From: Eledone cirrhosa
Lineage: Eukaryota
Assembly: GCA_964016885.1 (NCBI GenBank)
Contig: OZ024740.1
Span: forward strand, 433,194,001-433,258,000
Length of the DNA: 64,000 nt
Reading direction: 5' to 3'
The position numbers and the translations under genes were made by a program. Shown piece by piece: positions 15,001 to 28,157 of the stretch (position 1 is the first letter of the stretch; each line of letters opens with the position of its first letter). The notes under the pieces are model-generated. The model searched no databases. It was not told where the DNA came from and worked only from the letters and a program-made list of their open reading frames with translations.

Positions 15001-18000
15001 GGACTGAGTGTTGTTACAGTAATAGGTTGGTGAGGACTGAGTGTTGTTACAGTGATATGTTGGTGAGGACTGAGTGTTGTTACAGTGATATGTTGGTGAG
15101 GACTGAGTGTTGTTACAGTGATATGTTGGTAAGGACTGAGTGTTGTTACAGTAATATGTTGGTGAGGACTGAGTGTTGTTACAGTGATATGTTGGTGAGG
15201 ACTGAGTGTTGTTACAGTGATATGTTGGTGAGGACAGAGTGTTGTTACAGTAATATGTTGGTGAGGACTGAGTGTTGTTACAGTAATATGTTGGTGAGGA
15301 CTGAGTGTTGTTACAGTGATATGTTGGTGAGGACTGAGTGTTGTTACAGTGATATGTTGGTGAGGACTGAGTGTTGTTACAGTGATATGTTGGTGAGGAC
15401 TGAGTCTTGTTACAGTGATATGTTGGTGAGGACTGACTGTTGTTACAGTGATATGTTGGTGAGGACTGAGTGTTGTTACAGTGATATGTTGGTGAGGACT
15501 GAGTGTTGTTACAGTGATATGTTGGTGAGGACTGACTGTTGTTACAGTGATATGTTGGTGAGGACTGAGTGTTGTTACAGTGATATGTTGGTGAGGACTG
15601 ACTGTTGTTACAGTGATATGTTGGTGAGGACTGAGTGTTGTTACAGTAATATGTTGGTGAGGACAGTGTTGTTACAGTAATATGTTGGTGAGGACTGAGT
15701 GTTGTTACAGTAATATGTTGGTGAGGACAGAGTGTTGTTACAGTAATATGTTGGTGAGGACTGAGTGTTGTTACAGTAATATGTTGGTGAGGACTGAGTG
15801 TTGTTACAGTAATATGTTGGTGAGGACAGAGTGTTGTTACAGTAATATGTTGGTGAGGACTGAGTGTTGTTACAGTAATAGGTTGGTGAGGACTGAGTGT
15901 TGTTACAGTGATATGTTGGTGAGGACAGAGTGTTGTTACAGAAATATGTTGGTGAGGACTGAGTGTTGTTACAGTGATATGTTGGTGAGGACTGAGTGTT
16001 GTTACAGTGATAGGTTGGTGAGGACTGAGTGTTGTTACAGTAATAGGTTGGTGAGGACTGAGTGTTGTTACAGTGATATGTTGGTGAGGACAGAGTGTTG
16101 TTACAGTGATATGTTGGTGAGGACTGAGTGTTGTTACAGTAATATGTTGGTGAGGACTGAGTGTTGTTACAGTGATATGTTGGTGAGGACTGAGTGTTGT
16201 TACAGTGATATGTTGGTGAGGACTGAGTGTTGTTACAGTGATATGTTGGTGAGGACTGAGTGTTGTTACAGTGATATGTTGGTGAGGACTGAGTGTTGTT
16301 ACAGTGATATGTTGGTGAGGACTGAGTGTTACAGTAATATGTTGGTGAGGACTGAGTGTTGTTACAGTGATATGTTGGTGAGGACTGAGTGTTGTTACAG
16401 TGATATGTTGGTGAGGACTGAGTGTTGTTACAGTGATATGTTGGTGAGGACTGAGTGTTGTTACAGTGATAGGTTGGTGAGGACTGAGTGTTGTTACAGT
16501 AATAGGTTGGTGAGGACTGAGTGTTGTTACAGTGATATGTTGGTGAGGACTGAGTGTTGTTACAGTGATATGTTGGTGAGGACAGAGTGTTGTTACAGTG
16601 ATATGTTGGTGAGGACTGAGTGTTGTTACAGTAATATGTTGGTGAGGACTGAGTGTTGTTACAGTGATATGTTGGTGAGGACTGAGTGTTGTTACAGTAA
16701 TATGTTGGTGAGGACTGAGTGTTGTTACAGTGATATGTTGGTGAGGACTGACTGTTGTTACAGTGATATGTTGGTGAGGACTGAGTGTTGTTACAGTGAT
16801 ATGTTGGTGAGGACTGAGTGTTGTTACAGTGATATGTTGGTGAGGACTGAGTGTTGTTACAGTGATATGTTGGTGAGGACTGACTGTTGTTACAGTGATA
16901 TGTTGGTGAGGACTGACTGTTGTTACAGTGATAAGTTGGTGAGGACTGACTGTTGTTACAGTGATATGTTGGTGAGGACTGACTGTTGTTACAGTGATAT
17001 GTTGGTGAGGACTGAGTGTTGTTACAGTAATATGTTGGTGAGGACTGAGTGTTGTTACAGTGATATGTTGGTGAGGACTGAGTGTTGTTACAGTGATATG
17101 TTGGTGAGGACTGAGTGTTGTTACAGTAATATGTTGGTAAGGACTGAGTGTTGTTACAGTGATATGTTGGTAAGGACTGAGTGTTGTTACAGTGATATGT
17201 TGGTGAGGACTGAGTGTTGTTACAGTGATATGTTGGTGAGGACTGAGTGTTGTTACAGTGATATGTTGGTGAGGACTGAGTGTTGTTACAGTGATATGTT
17301 GGTGAGGACTGAGTGTTGTTACAGTGATATGTTGGTAAGGACTGAGTGTTGTTACAGTGATATGTTGGTAAGGACTGAGTGTTGTTACAGTGATATGTTG
17401 GTAAGGACTGAGTGTTGTTACAGTGATATGTTGGTGAGGACTGAGTGTTGTTACAGTGATATGTTGGTGAGGACTGAGTGTTGTTACAGTGATATGTTGG
17501 TGAGGACTGAGTGTTGTTACAGTGATATGTTGGGGAGGACTGACTGTTGTTACAGTGATATGTTGGTGAGGACTGACTGTTGTTACAGTGATATGTTGGT
17601 GAGGACTGAGTGTTGTTACAGTGATATGTTGGTGAGGACTGACTGTTGTTACAGTGATATGTTGGTGAGGACTGAGTGTTGTTACAGTGATATGTTGGTG
17701 AGGACTGACTGTTGTTACAGTAATATGTTGGTGAGGACTGAGTGTTGTTACAGTGATATGTTGGTGAGGACTGAGTGTTGTTACAGTGATATGTTGGTGA
17801 GGACTGAGTGTTGTTAGTGATATGTTGGTGAGGACTGAGTGTTGTTACAGTGATATGTTGGTGAGGACTGAGCGTTGTTACAGTGATATGTTGGTGAGGA
17901 CTGAGTGTTACAGTAATATGTTGGTGAGGACTGAGTGTTGTTACAGTAATATGTTGGTGAGGACTGAGTGTTGTTACAGTGATATGTTGGTGAGGACTGA

Positions 18001-21000
18001 GTGTTGTTACAGTAATATGTTGGTGAGGACTGAGTGTTGTTACAGTAATATGTTGGTGAGGACTGAGTGTTGTTACAGTAATATGTTGGTGAGGACAGAG
18101 TGTTGTTACAGTGATATGCTGGTGAGGACTGAGTGTTGTTACAGTGATATGTTGGTGAGGACTGAGTGTTGTTACAGTAATATGTTGGTGAGGACTGACT
18201 GTTGTTACAGTGATATGTTGGTGAGGACTGAGTGTTGTTACAGTGATATGTTGGTGAGGACTGACTGTTGTTACAGTGATATGTTGGTGAGGACTGACTG
18301 TTGTTACAGTGATATGTTGGTGAGGACTGACTGTTGTTACAGTGATATGTTGGTGAGGACTGAGTGTTGTTACAGTGATATGTTGGTGAGGACTGAGTGT
18401 TGTTACAGTGATATGTTGGTGAGGACTGAGTGTTGTTACAGTGATATGTTGGTGAGGACTGAATGTTGTTACAGTGATATGTTGGTGAGGACTGAGTGTT
18501 GTTACAGTGATATGTTGGTGAGGACTGACTGTTGTTACAGTGATATGTTGGTGAGGACTGACTGTTGTTACAGTGATATGTTGGTGAGGACTGACTGTTG
18601 TTACAGTGATATGTTGGTGAGGACTGACTGTTGTTACAGTGATATGTTGGTGAGGACTGAGTGTTGTTACAGTGATATGTTGGTGAGGACTGAGTGTTGT
18701 TACAGTGATATGTTGGTGAGGACTGAGTGTTGTTACAGTGATATGTTGGTGAGGACTGAGTGTTGTTACAGTGATATGTTGGTGAGGACTGACTGTTGTT
18801 ACAGTGATATGTTGGTGAGGACTGACTGTTGTTACAGTGATAAGTTGGTGAGGACTGACTGTTGTTACAGTGATATGTTGGTGAGGACTGAGTGTTGTTA
18901 CAGTGATATGTTGGTGAGGACTGAGTGTTGTTACAGTAATATGTTGGTAAGGACTGAGTGTTGTTACAGTGATATGTTGGTAAGGACTGAGTGTTGTTAC
19001 AGTGATATGTTGGTGAGGACTGAGTGTTGTTACAGTGATATGTTGGTGAGGACTGAGTGTTGTTACAGTGATATGTTGGTGAGGACTGAGTGTTGTTACA
19101 GTGATATGTTGGTGAGGACTGAGTGTTGTTACAGTGATATGTTGGTAAGGACTGAGTGTTGTTACAGTGATATGTTGGTGAGGACTGAGTGTTGTTACAG
19201 TGATATGTTGGTGAGGACTGAGTGTTGTTACAGTGATATGTTGGTGAGGACTGAGTGTTGTTACAGTGATATGTTGGTGAGGACTGAGTGTTGTTACAGT
19301 GATATGTTGGTGAGGACTGAGTGTTGTTACAGTGATATGTTGGTGAGGACTGACTGTTGTTACAGTGATATGTTGGTGAGGACTGACTGTTGTTACAGTG
19401 ATATGTTGGTGAGGACTGACTGTTGTTACAGTGATATGTTGGTGAGGACTGAGTGTTGTTACAGTAATATGTTGGTAAGGACTGAGTGTTGTTACAGTGA
19501 TATGTTGGTGAGGACTGAGTGTTGTTACAGTGATATGTTGGTGAGGACTGAGTGTTGTTACAGTGATATGTTGGTGAGGACTGAGTGTTGTTACAGTGAT
19601 ATGTTGGTGAGGACTGAGTGTTGTTACAGTGATATGTTGGTGAGGACTGACTGTTGTTACAGTGATATGTTGGTGAGGACTGACTGTTGTTACAGTGATA
19701 AGTTGGTGAGGACTGACTGTTGTTACAGTGATATGTTGGTGAGGACTGAGTGTTGTTACAGTGATATGTTGGTGAGGACTGAGTGTTGTTACAGTAATAT
19801 GTTGGTAAGGACTGAGTGTTGTTACAGTGATATGTTGGTAAGGACTGAGTGTTGTTACAGTGATATGTTGGTGAGGACTGAGTGTTGTTACAGTGATATG
19901 TTGGTGAGGACTGAGTGTTGTTACAGTGATATGTTGGTGAGGACTGAGTGTTGTTACAGTGATATGTTGGTGAGGACTGAGTGTTACAGTGATATGTTGG
20001 TAAGGACTGAGTGTTGTTACAGTGATATGTTGGTGAGGACTGAGTGTTGTTACAGTGATATGTTGGTGAGGACTGAGTGTTGTTACAGTGATATGTTGGT
20101 GAGGACTGAGTGTTGTTACAGTGATATGTTGGTGAGGACTGAGTGTTGTTACAGTGATATGTTGGTGAGGACTGAGTGTTGTTACAGTGATATGTTGGTG
20201 AGGACTGACTGTTGTTACAGTGATATGTTGGTGAGGACTGACTGTTGTTACAGTGATATGTTGGTGAGGACTGACTGTTGTTACAGTGATATGTTGGTGA
20301 GGACTGAGTGTTGTTACAGTAATATGTTGGTAAGGACTGAGTGTTGTTACAGTGATATGTTGGTGAGGACTGAGTGTTGTTACAGTGATATGTTGGTGAG
20401 GACTGAGTGTTGTTACAGTGATAGGTTGGTGAGGACTGAGTGTTGTTACAGTAATATGTTGGTGAGGACTGAGTGTTGTTACAGTGATATGTTGGTGAGG
20501 ACTGAGTGTTGTTACAGTAATATGTTGGTGAGGACTGAGTGTTGTTAGAGTAATATGTTGGTGAGGACAGAGTGTTGTTACAGTAATATGTTGGTGAGGA
20601 CTGACTGTTGTTACAGTGATATGTTGGTGAGGACTGAGTGTTACAGTGATATGTTGGTGAGGACTGAGTGTTGTTACAGTGATATGTTGGTGAGGACTGA
20701 GTGTTGTTACAGTAATATGTTGGTAAGGACTGAGTGTTGTTACAGTGATATGTTGGTGAGGACTGAGTGTTGTTACAGTGATATGTTGGTGAGGACTGTG
20801 TGTTGTTACAGTGATAGGTTGGTGAGGACTGAGTGTTGTTACAGTAATATGTTGGTGAGGACTGAGTGTTGTTACAGTGATATGTTGGTGAGGACTGAGT
20901 GTTACAGTGATATGTTGGTAAGGACATGTTGGTGAGGACTGAGTGTTGTTACAGTGATATGTTGGTGAGGACTGAGTGTTGTTACAGTAATATGTTGGTG

Positions 21001-24000
21001 AGGACTGAGTGTTGTTAGAGTGATATGCTGGTGAGGACTGAGTGTTGTTACAGTGATATGTTGGTAAGGACTGAGTGTTGTTACAGTAATATGTTGGTGA
21101 GGACTGAGTGTTGTTACACTAATATGTTGGTGAGGACTGAGTGTTGTTACAGTGATATGTTGGTGAGGACTGAGTGTTGTTACAGTGATATGTTGGTAAG
21201 GACTGAGTGTTGTTACAGTGATATGTTGGTGAGGACTGAGTGTTGTTACAGTGATATGTTGGTGAGGACTGAGTGTTGTTACAGTGATATGTTGGTGAGG
21301 ACAGAGTGTTGTTACAGTGATATGTTGGTGAGGACTGAGTGTTGTTACAGTGATATGTTGGTGAGGACTGAGTGTTGTTACAGTGATATGTTGGTGAGGA
21401 CTGAGTGTTGTTACAGTGATATGTTGGTGAGGACTGAGTGTTGTTACAGTGATATGTTGGTGAGGACTGAGTGTTGTTACAGTAATATGTTGGTGAGGAC
21501 TGAGTGTTGTTACAGTAATATGTTGGTGAGGACTGATTGTTGTTACAGTGATATGTTGGTGAGGACTGAGTGTTGTTACAGTGATATGTTGGTGAGGACT
21601 GAGTGTTGTTACAGTGATATGTTGGTAAGGACTGAGTGTTGTTACAGTGATATGTTGGTGAGGACAGAGTGTTGTTACAGTAATATGTTGGTGAGGACTG
21701 AGTGTTGTTACAGTGATATGTTGGTGAGGACTGAGTGTTGTTACAGTGATATGTTGGTGAGGACTGAGTGTTGTTACAGTGATATGTTGGTGAGGACTGA
21801 GTGTTGTTACAGTAATATGTTGGTGAGGACTGAGTGTTGTTACAGTAATATGTTGGTGAGGACTGAGTGTTGTTACAGTGATATGTTGGTGAGGACAGTG
21901 TTGTTACAGTAATATGTTGGTGAGGACTGAGTGTTGTTACAGTGATATGTTGGTGAGGACAGTGTTGTTACAGTAATATGTTGGTGAGGACTGAGTGTTG
22001 TTACAGTAATATGTTGGTAAGGACTGAGTGTTGTTACAGTGATATGTTGGTGAGGACAGAGTGTTGTTACAGTGATATGTTGGTGAGGACTGAGTGTTGT
22101 TACAGTGATATGTTGGTAAGGACTGAGTGTTGTTACAGTAATATGTTGGTGAGGACAGAGTGTTGTTACAGTGATATGTTGGTGAGGACTGAGTGTTGTT
22201 ACAGTGATATGTTGGTAAGGACTGAGTGTTGTTACAGTGATATGTTGGTGAGGACTGAGTGTTGTTACAGTGATATGTTGGTGAGGACTGAGTGTTGTTA
22301 CAGTGATATGTTGGTGAGGACTGAGTGTTGTTACAGTGATATGTTGGTGAGGACTGAGTGTTGTTACAGTAATATGTTGGTGAGGACTGAGTGTTGTTAC
22401 AGTGATATGTTGGTGAGGACAGTGTTGTTACAGTAATATGTTGGTGAGGACTGAGTGTTGTTACAGTGATATGTTGGTGAGGACTCAGTGTTGTTACAGT
22501 GATATGTTGGTGAGGACTGAGTGTTGTTACAGTGATATGTTGGTGAGGACTGACTGTTGTTACAGTGATATGTTGGTGAGGACTGAGTGTTGTTACAGTG
22601 ATATGTTGGTGAGGACTGAGTGTTGTTACAGTAATATGTTGGTGAGGACTGACTGTTGTTACAGTGATATGTTGGTGAGGACTGAGTGTTGTTACAGTGA
22701 TATGTTGGGGAGGACTGACTGTTGTTACAGTGATATGTTGGTGAGGACTGACTGTTGTTACAGTGATATGTTGGTGAGGACTGAGTGTTGTTACAGTGAT
22801 ATGTTGGTGAGGACTGACTGTTGTTACAGTGATATGTTGGTGAGGACTGAGTGTTGTTACAGTGATATGTTGGTGAGGACTGACTGTTGTTACAGTAATA
22901 TGTTGGTGAGGACTGAGTGTTGTTACAGTGATATGTTGGTGAGGACTGAGTGTTGTTACAGTGATATGTTGGTGAGGACTGAGTGTTGTTAGTGATATGT
23001 TGGTGAGGACTGAGTGTTGTTACAGTGATATGTTGGTGAGGACTGAGTGTTGTTACAGTGATATGTTGGTGAGGACTGAGTGTTACAGTAATATGTTGGT
23101 GAGGACTGAGTGTTGTTACAGTAATATGTTGGTGAGGACTGAGTGTTGTTACAGTGATATGTTGGTGAGGACTGAGTGTTGTTACAGTGATATGTTGGTG
23201 AGGACTGAGTGTTGTTACAGTGATATGTTGGTGAGGACTGAGTGTTGTTACAGTAATATGTTGGTGAGGACTGAGTGTTGTTACAGTGATATGTTGGTGA
23301 GGACTGAGTGTTGTTACAGTAATATGTTGGTGAGGACTGAGTGTTGTTACAGTAATATGTTGGTGAGGACTGAGTGTTGTTACAGTAATATGTTGGTGAG
23401 GACTGAGTGTTGTTACAGTAATATGTTGGTGAGGACAGAGTGTTGTTACAGTGATATGTTGGTGAGGACTGAGTGTTGTTACAGTGATATGTTGGTGAGG
23501 ACTGAGTGTTGTTACAGTAATATGTTGGTGAGGACTGACTGTTGTTACAGTGATATGTTGGTGAGGACTGAGTGTTGTTACAGTGATATGTTGGTGATGA
23601 CTGACTGTTGTTACAGTGATATGTTGGTGAGGACTGACTGTTGTTACAGTGATATGTTGGTGAGGACTGACTGTTGTTACAGTGATATGTTGGTGAGGAC
23701 TGAGTGTTGTTACAGTGATATGTTGGTGAGGACTGAGTGTTGTTACAGTGATATGTTGGTGAGGACTGAGTGTTGTTACAGTGATATGTTGGTGAGGACT
23801 GAGTGTCGTTACAGTGATATGTTGGTGAGGACTGAGTGTTGTTACAGTGATATGTTGGTGAGGACTGACTGTTGTTACAGTGATATGTTGGTGAGGACTG
23901 ACTGTTGTTACAGTGATATGTTGGTGAGGACTGACTGTTGTTACAGTGATATGTTGGTGAGGACTGAGTGTTGTTACAGTGATATGTTGGTGAGGACTGA

Positions 24001-26572
24001 GTGTTGTTACAGTGATATGTTGGTGAGGACTGAGTGTTGTTACAGTGATATGTTGGTGAGGACTGAGTGTTGTTACAGTGATATGTTGGTGAGGACTGAG
24101 TGTTGTTACAGTGATATGTTGGTGAGGACTGACTGTTGTTACAGTGATATGTTGGTGAGGACTGAGTGTTGTTACAGTGATATGTTGGTGAGGACTGACT
24201 GTTGTTACAGTGATATGTTGGTGAGGACTGACTGTTGTTACAGTGATATGTTGGTGAGGACTGACTGTTGTTACAGTGATATGTTGGTGAGGACTGAGTG
24301 TTGTTACAGTAATATGTTGGTAAGGACTGAGTGTTGTTACAGTGATATGTTGGTGAGGACTGAGTGTTGTTACAGTGATATGTTGGTGAGGACTGAGTGT
24401 TGTTACAGTAATATGTTGGTAAGGACTGAGTGTTGTTACAGTGATATGTTGGTGAGGACTGAGTGTTGTTACAGTGATATGTTGGTGAGGACTGTGTGTT
24501 GTTACAGTGATAGGTTGGTGAGGACTGAGTGTTGTTACAGTAATATGTTGGTGAGGACTGAGTGTTGTTACAGTGATATGTTGGTGAGGACTGAGTGTTA
24601 CAGTGATATGTTGGTGAGGACTGAGTGTTGTTACAGTGATATGTTGGTGAGGACTGAGTGTTGTTACAGTGATATGTTGGTGAGGACTGAGTGTTGTTAC
24701 AGTAATATGTTGGTGAGGACTGAGTGTTGTTACAGTAATATGTTGGTGAGGACTGAGTGTTGTTACAGTGATATGTTGGTGAGGACTGAGTGTTGTTACA
24801 GTGATATGTTGGTAAGGACTGAGTGTTGTTACAGTGATATGTTGGTGAGGACTGAGTGTTGTTACAGTGATATGTTGGTGAGGACAGAGTGTTGTTACAG
24901 TGATATGTTGGTGAGGACTGAGTGTTGTTACAGTGATATGTTGGTGAGGACTGAGTGTTGTTACAGTGATATGTTGGTGAGGACTGAGTGTTGTTACAGT
25001 GATATGTTGGTGAGGACTGAGTGTTGTTACAGTAATATGTTGGTGAGGACTGAGTGTTGTTACAGTAATATGTTGGTGAGGACTGATTGTTGTTACAGTG
25101 ATATGTTGGTGAGGACTGAGTGTTGTTACAGTGATATGTTGGTGAGGACTGAGTGTTGTTACAGTGATATGTTGGTAAGGACTGAGTGTTGTTACAGTGA
25201 TATGTTGGTGAGGACAGAGTGTTGTTACAGTAATATGTTGGTGAGGACTGAGTGTTGTTACAGTGATATGTTGGTGAGGACAGAGTGTTGTTACAGTGAT
25301 ATGTTGGTGAGGACTGAGTGTTGTTACAGTGATATGTTGGTGAGGACTGAGTGTTGTTACAGTGATATGTTGGTGAGGACTGAGTGTTGTTACAGTAATA
25401 TGTTGGTGAGGACTGAGTGTTGTTACAGTGATATGTTGGTGAGGACTGAGTGTTGTTACAGTAATATGTTGGTAAGGACTGAGTGTTGTTACAGTGATAT
25501 GTTGGTGAGGACTGAGTGTTGTTACAGTAATATGTTGGTAAAGACTGAGTGTTGTTACAGTGATATGTTGGTGAGGACAGAGTGTTGTTACAGTGATATG
25601 TTGGTGAGGACTGAGTGTTGTTACAGTGATATGTTGGTGAGGACTAAGTGTTGTTACAGTGATATGTTGGTGAGGACTGAGTGTTGTTACAGTGATATGT
25701 TGGTGAGGACTGAGTGTTGTTACAGTGATATGTTGGTGAGGACTGAGTGTTGTTACAGTGATATGTTGGTGAGGACTAAGTGTTGTTACAGTGATATGTT
25801 GGTGAGGACTGAGTGTTGTTACAGTGATATGTTGGTAAGGACTGAGTGTTGTTACAGTGATATGTTGGTGAGGACTAAGTGTTGTTACAGTGATATGTTG
25901 GTGAGGACTGAGTGTTGTTACAGTAATATGTTGGTGAGGACTGAGTGTTGTTACAGTGATATGTTGGTAAGGACTGAGTGTTGTTACAGTAATATGTTGG
26001 TGAGGACAGAGTGTTGTTACAGTGATATGTTGGTGAGGACTGAGTGTTGTTACAGTGATATGTTGGTAAGGACTGAGTGTTGTTACAGTGATATGTTGGT
26101 GAGGACTAAGTGTTGTTACAGTGATATGTTGGTGAGGACTGAGTGTTGTTACAGTGATATGTTGGTGAGGACTGAGTGTTGTTACAGTAATATGTTGGTG
26201 AGGACTGAGTGTTGTTACAGTGATATGTTGGTGAGGACTGACTGTTGTTACAGTGATATGTTGGTAAGGACTGAGTGTTGTTACAGTGATATGTTGGTAA
26301 GGACTGAGTGTTGTTACAGTAATATGTTGGTGAGGACTGAGTGTTGTTACAGTGATATGTTGGTGAGGACTGAGTGTTGTTACAGTAATATGTTGGTGAG
26401 GACTGAGTGTTGTTACAGTGATATGTTGGTGAGGACTGAGTGTTGTTACAGTAATATGTTGGTGAGGACTGAGTGTTGTTACAGTGATATGTTGGTGAGG
26501 ACTGAGTGTTGTTACAGTAATATGTTGGTGAGGACTGAGTGTTGTTACAGTGATATGTTGGTGAGGACTGAG
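1..26572. repeat. 33-bp satellite, consensus ATGTTGGTGAGGACTGAGTGTTGTTACAGT(G/A)AT, ~805 copies, continues beyond the left edge
   Basis: Directly visible head-to-tail array with a few recurring variants: gat/aat, atg/agg, gag/gac, gtg/gta, plus 31-bp and 30-bp deletion units. Ends at ...gtgaggactgag (26572). Confidence 0.99.
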
Positions 26573-26609
26573 GACTGATGACACAGACATGGCAAATGCA
26601 TAAACATAC

Positions 26610-26657
26610 CTGTTAACGGGATAAAAAAGTAAATTGAGCCAAGTAGCTCGCAGACAT
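26610..26657 (-). CDS. Putative host-gene exon D (48 nt, phase 2-2): (R)CLRATWLNLLFYPVN(R/S)
   Basis: Minus strand reads cttttctttttctttcaaaactcag|ATGTCTGCG...CCCGTTAACAG|gtatgt. It has a strong polypyrimidine tract, a CAG acceptor and a near-consensus donor, and is open in the phase left by exon C. No homology support. Confidence 0.5.
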
Positions 26658-27464
26658 CTGAGTTTTGAAAGAAAAAGAAAAGGGTAAAATAACCAAGTTG
26701 AAGAAATGGTAAATTATTACCATAAGTTCTTGTGTATAATCTGTTGTTTTGATTTAAATTTTATTGGCTTAGATTCCTTTACCAGAAAATATTAAATGAA
26801 TTATAATTTCAATTGAAAGGCAGTATTTAAACATTATTTCATAACATCTTTATTAAGAAAACTAATTTTTACCCTTTATCTAAGTAGAGGGTTTATGATG
26901 AGAAAAAATAACTAGATCATACACTGAGATGTATGGTACATGTGGGGAGACAACATGCTGGAGATGGCTAATAAGTCAAAGAAAAATATTAACAAAAATT
27001 CAGATTTATAAAAAATAGAACAAAAATGGATAAGCAAATTAGATGTGTTTACGTGATGAGTGAGATAACATTAGATGTAATGAGTGAGATAAAAGGGTTC
27101 TGTATGACTGTTATGGTTAACAAAACAGAATTATAGATATGGGTGTAAATAAGGGAGGTTAACAATTAATAAGACACAGTGTTTAAATTACATTCAGGTT
27201 AGTGAAGTTTTATGGGAACTATAATGGAGCTTATGTAAGTATATCTATATATGTAACTGAAACACCGCCAGCCCTCCTCTCTTCCTCTCACTACACATCA
27301 TATCTTTAAGTAACTAACACCTCACACTAACCACCACAATGAAGGAATAAAATAGAAAGTGTAAGAAAGTTGTTTTCTAATAGATATATCTCATCTTACT
27401 GTATTATAATCTAAATATTTTCTCCCATATATGTCGACATAAATATCGGCTTGTCTGTGTCCAG

Positions 27465-27645
27465 CAAGGCACCTCCAGCATGATCACTTGACCTTCTGAA
27501 AACAGCAGTCAAATCACCCTCAAATCACATTGTACTGTCTTAGATGAAGGATATATATATTGGACAATGTAGTTCCCAAGGTAACTCCTGTGGTTATTTG
27601 CTTGACCTGCTATCACTAGCAACCAAATTCCTTAAAATAATACTC
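27465..27645 (+). repeat. Degenerate interspersed repeat fragment (gaaatagcagc..aaatc..cctcaaatcaca...tactgtctta motif)
   Basis: The same motif recurs at ~57490-57680; probably an old SINE or dispersed repeat remnant. Confidence 0.4.
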
Positions 27646-27784
27646 TATATGTATGGAACCATAATACCTGATGGAGTTGTAGGGGCACTGTCATGACAAA
27701 CAGCATTTCTTGGGCACTTTAAGCCTGGCAAACCTTATCTCCTCTGCAGCTCTGAACACAACTGATTTCTTATATATATATATA

Positions 27785-27832
27785 ATCATCATCATCATCG
27801 TTTAACGTCTATCTTCCACGCTAGTATGGGTT
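27785..27832 (-). mobile_element. Very short 3' tail remnant of an RTE LINE or RTE-tailed SINE
   Basis: (CAT)n followed by cgtttaacgtctatcttccacgctagtatgggttt, matching the 3' ends of the RTE copies at 28158 and 29448; sits next to (TA)n. Confidence 0.7.
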
Positions 27833-27835
27833 TAT

Positions 27836-28131
27836 ACAAGAATCAGTGATGAATCAGAACACAATTTATTACGTATTACAATTGTTTCTCCGGCGAACAG
27901 CTTGAGGTGCGATCTGTTTGTGGATCGAACCTGACTCAAGTTCCTCAGACAAGTCTAGTGATTTTGAAGCAAATCCTCTTTCTGCTGGACTCCGACCCTT
28001 GTAATACGTAATAAATTGTTTTCCGATGCATCACTGATTCTTCGTTTTCCATATTATCATACTCTGCTCCGAAGTAGCAAAGAGTGCTCATCTGGCTAAC
28101 CGCCTATGGACGCATCCTAGCAACCTACTAC
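27836..28131. mobile_element. Short element with ~42-bp inverted repeats and a conserved tail; probably a Penelope-like terminal-repeat derivative
   Basis: gaatcagtgatg..acaatttattacgtattacaa (27840-27881) is inverted at 27999-28040. The tail 28041-28131 is homologous to 31738-31828. Family assignment is inference. Confidence 0.45.
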
Positions 28132-28157
28132 CAATATATATATATATATATATATAT

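Noticed and set aside
1-26578. Long (MLVRTECCYSD)n Cys-rich ORFs resembling a metallothionein- or keratin-associated-like protein
   Set aside because: Product of a stop-free 33-bp monomer. Broken repeatedly by 2-bp deletion monomers, no unique N- or C-terminus, and antisense to the inferred host gene.
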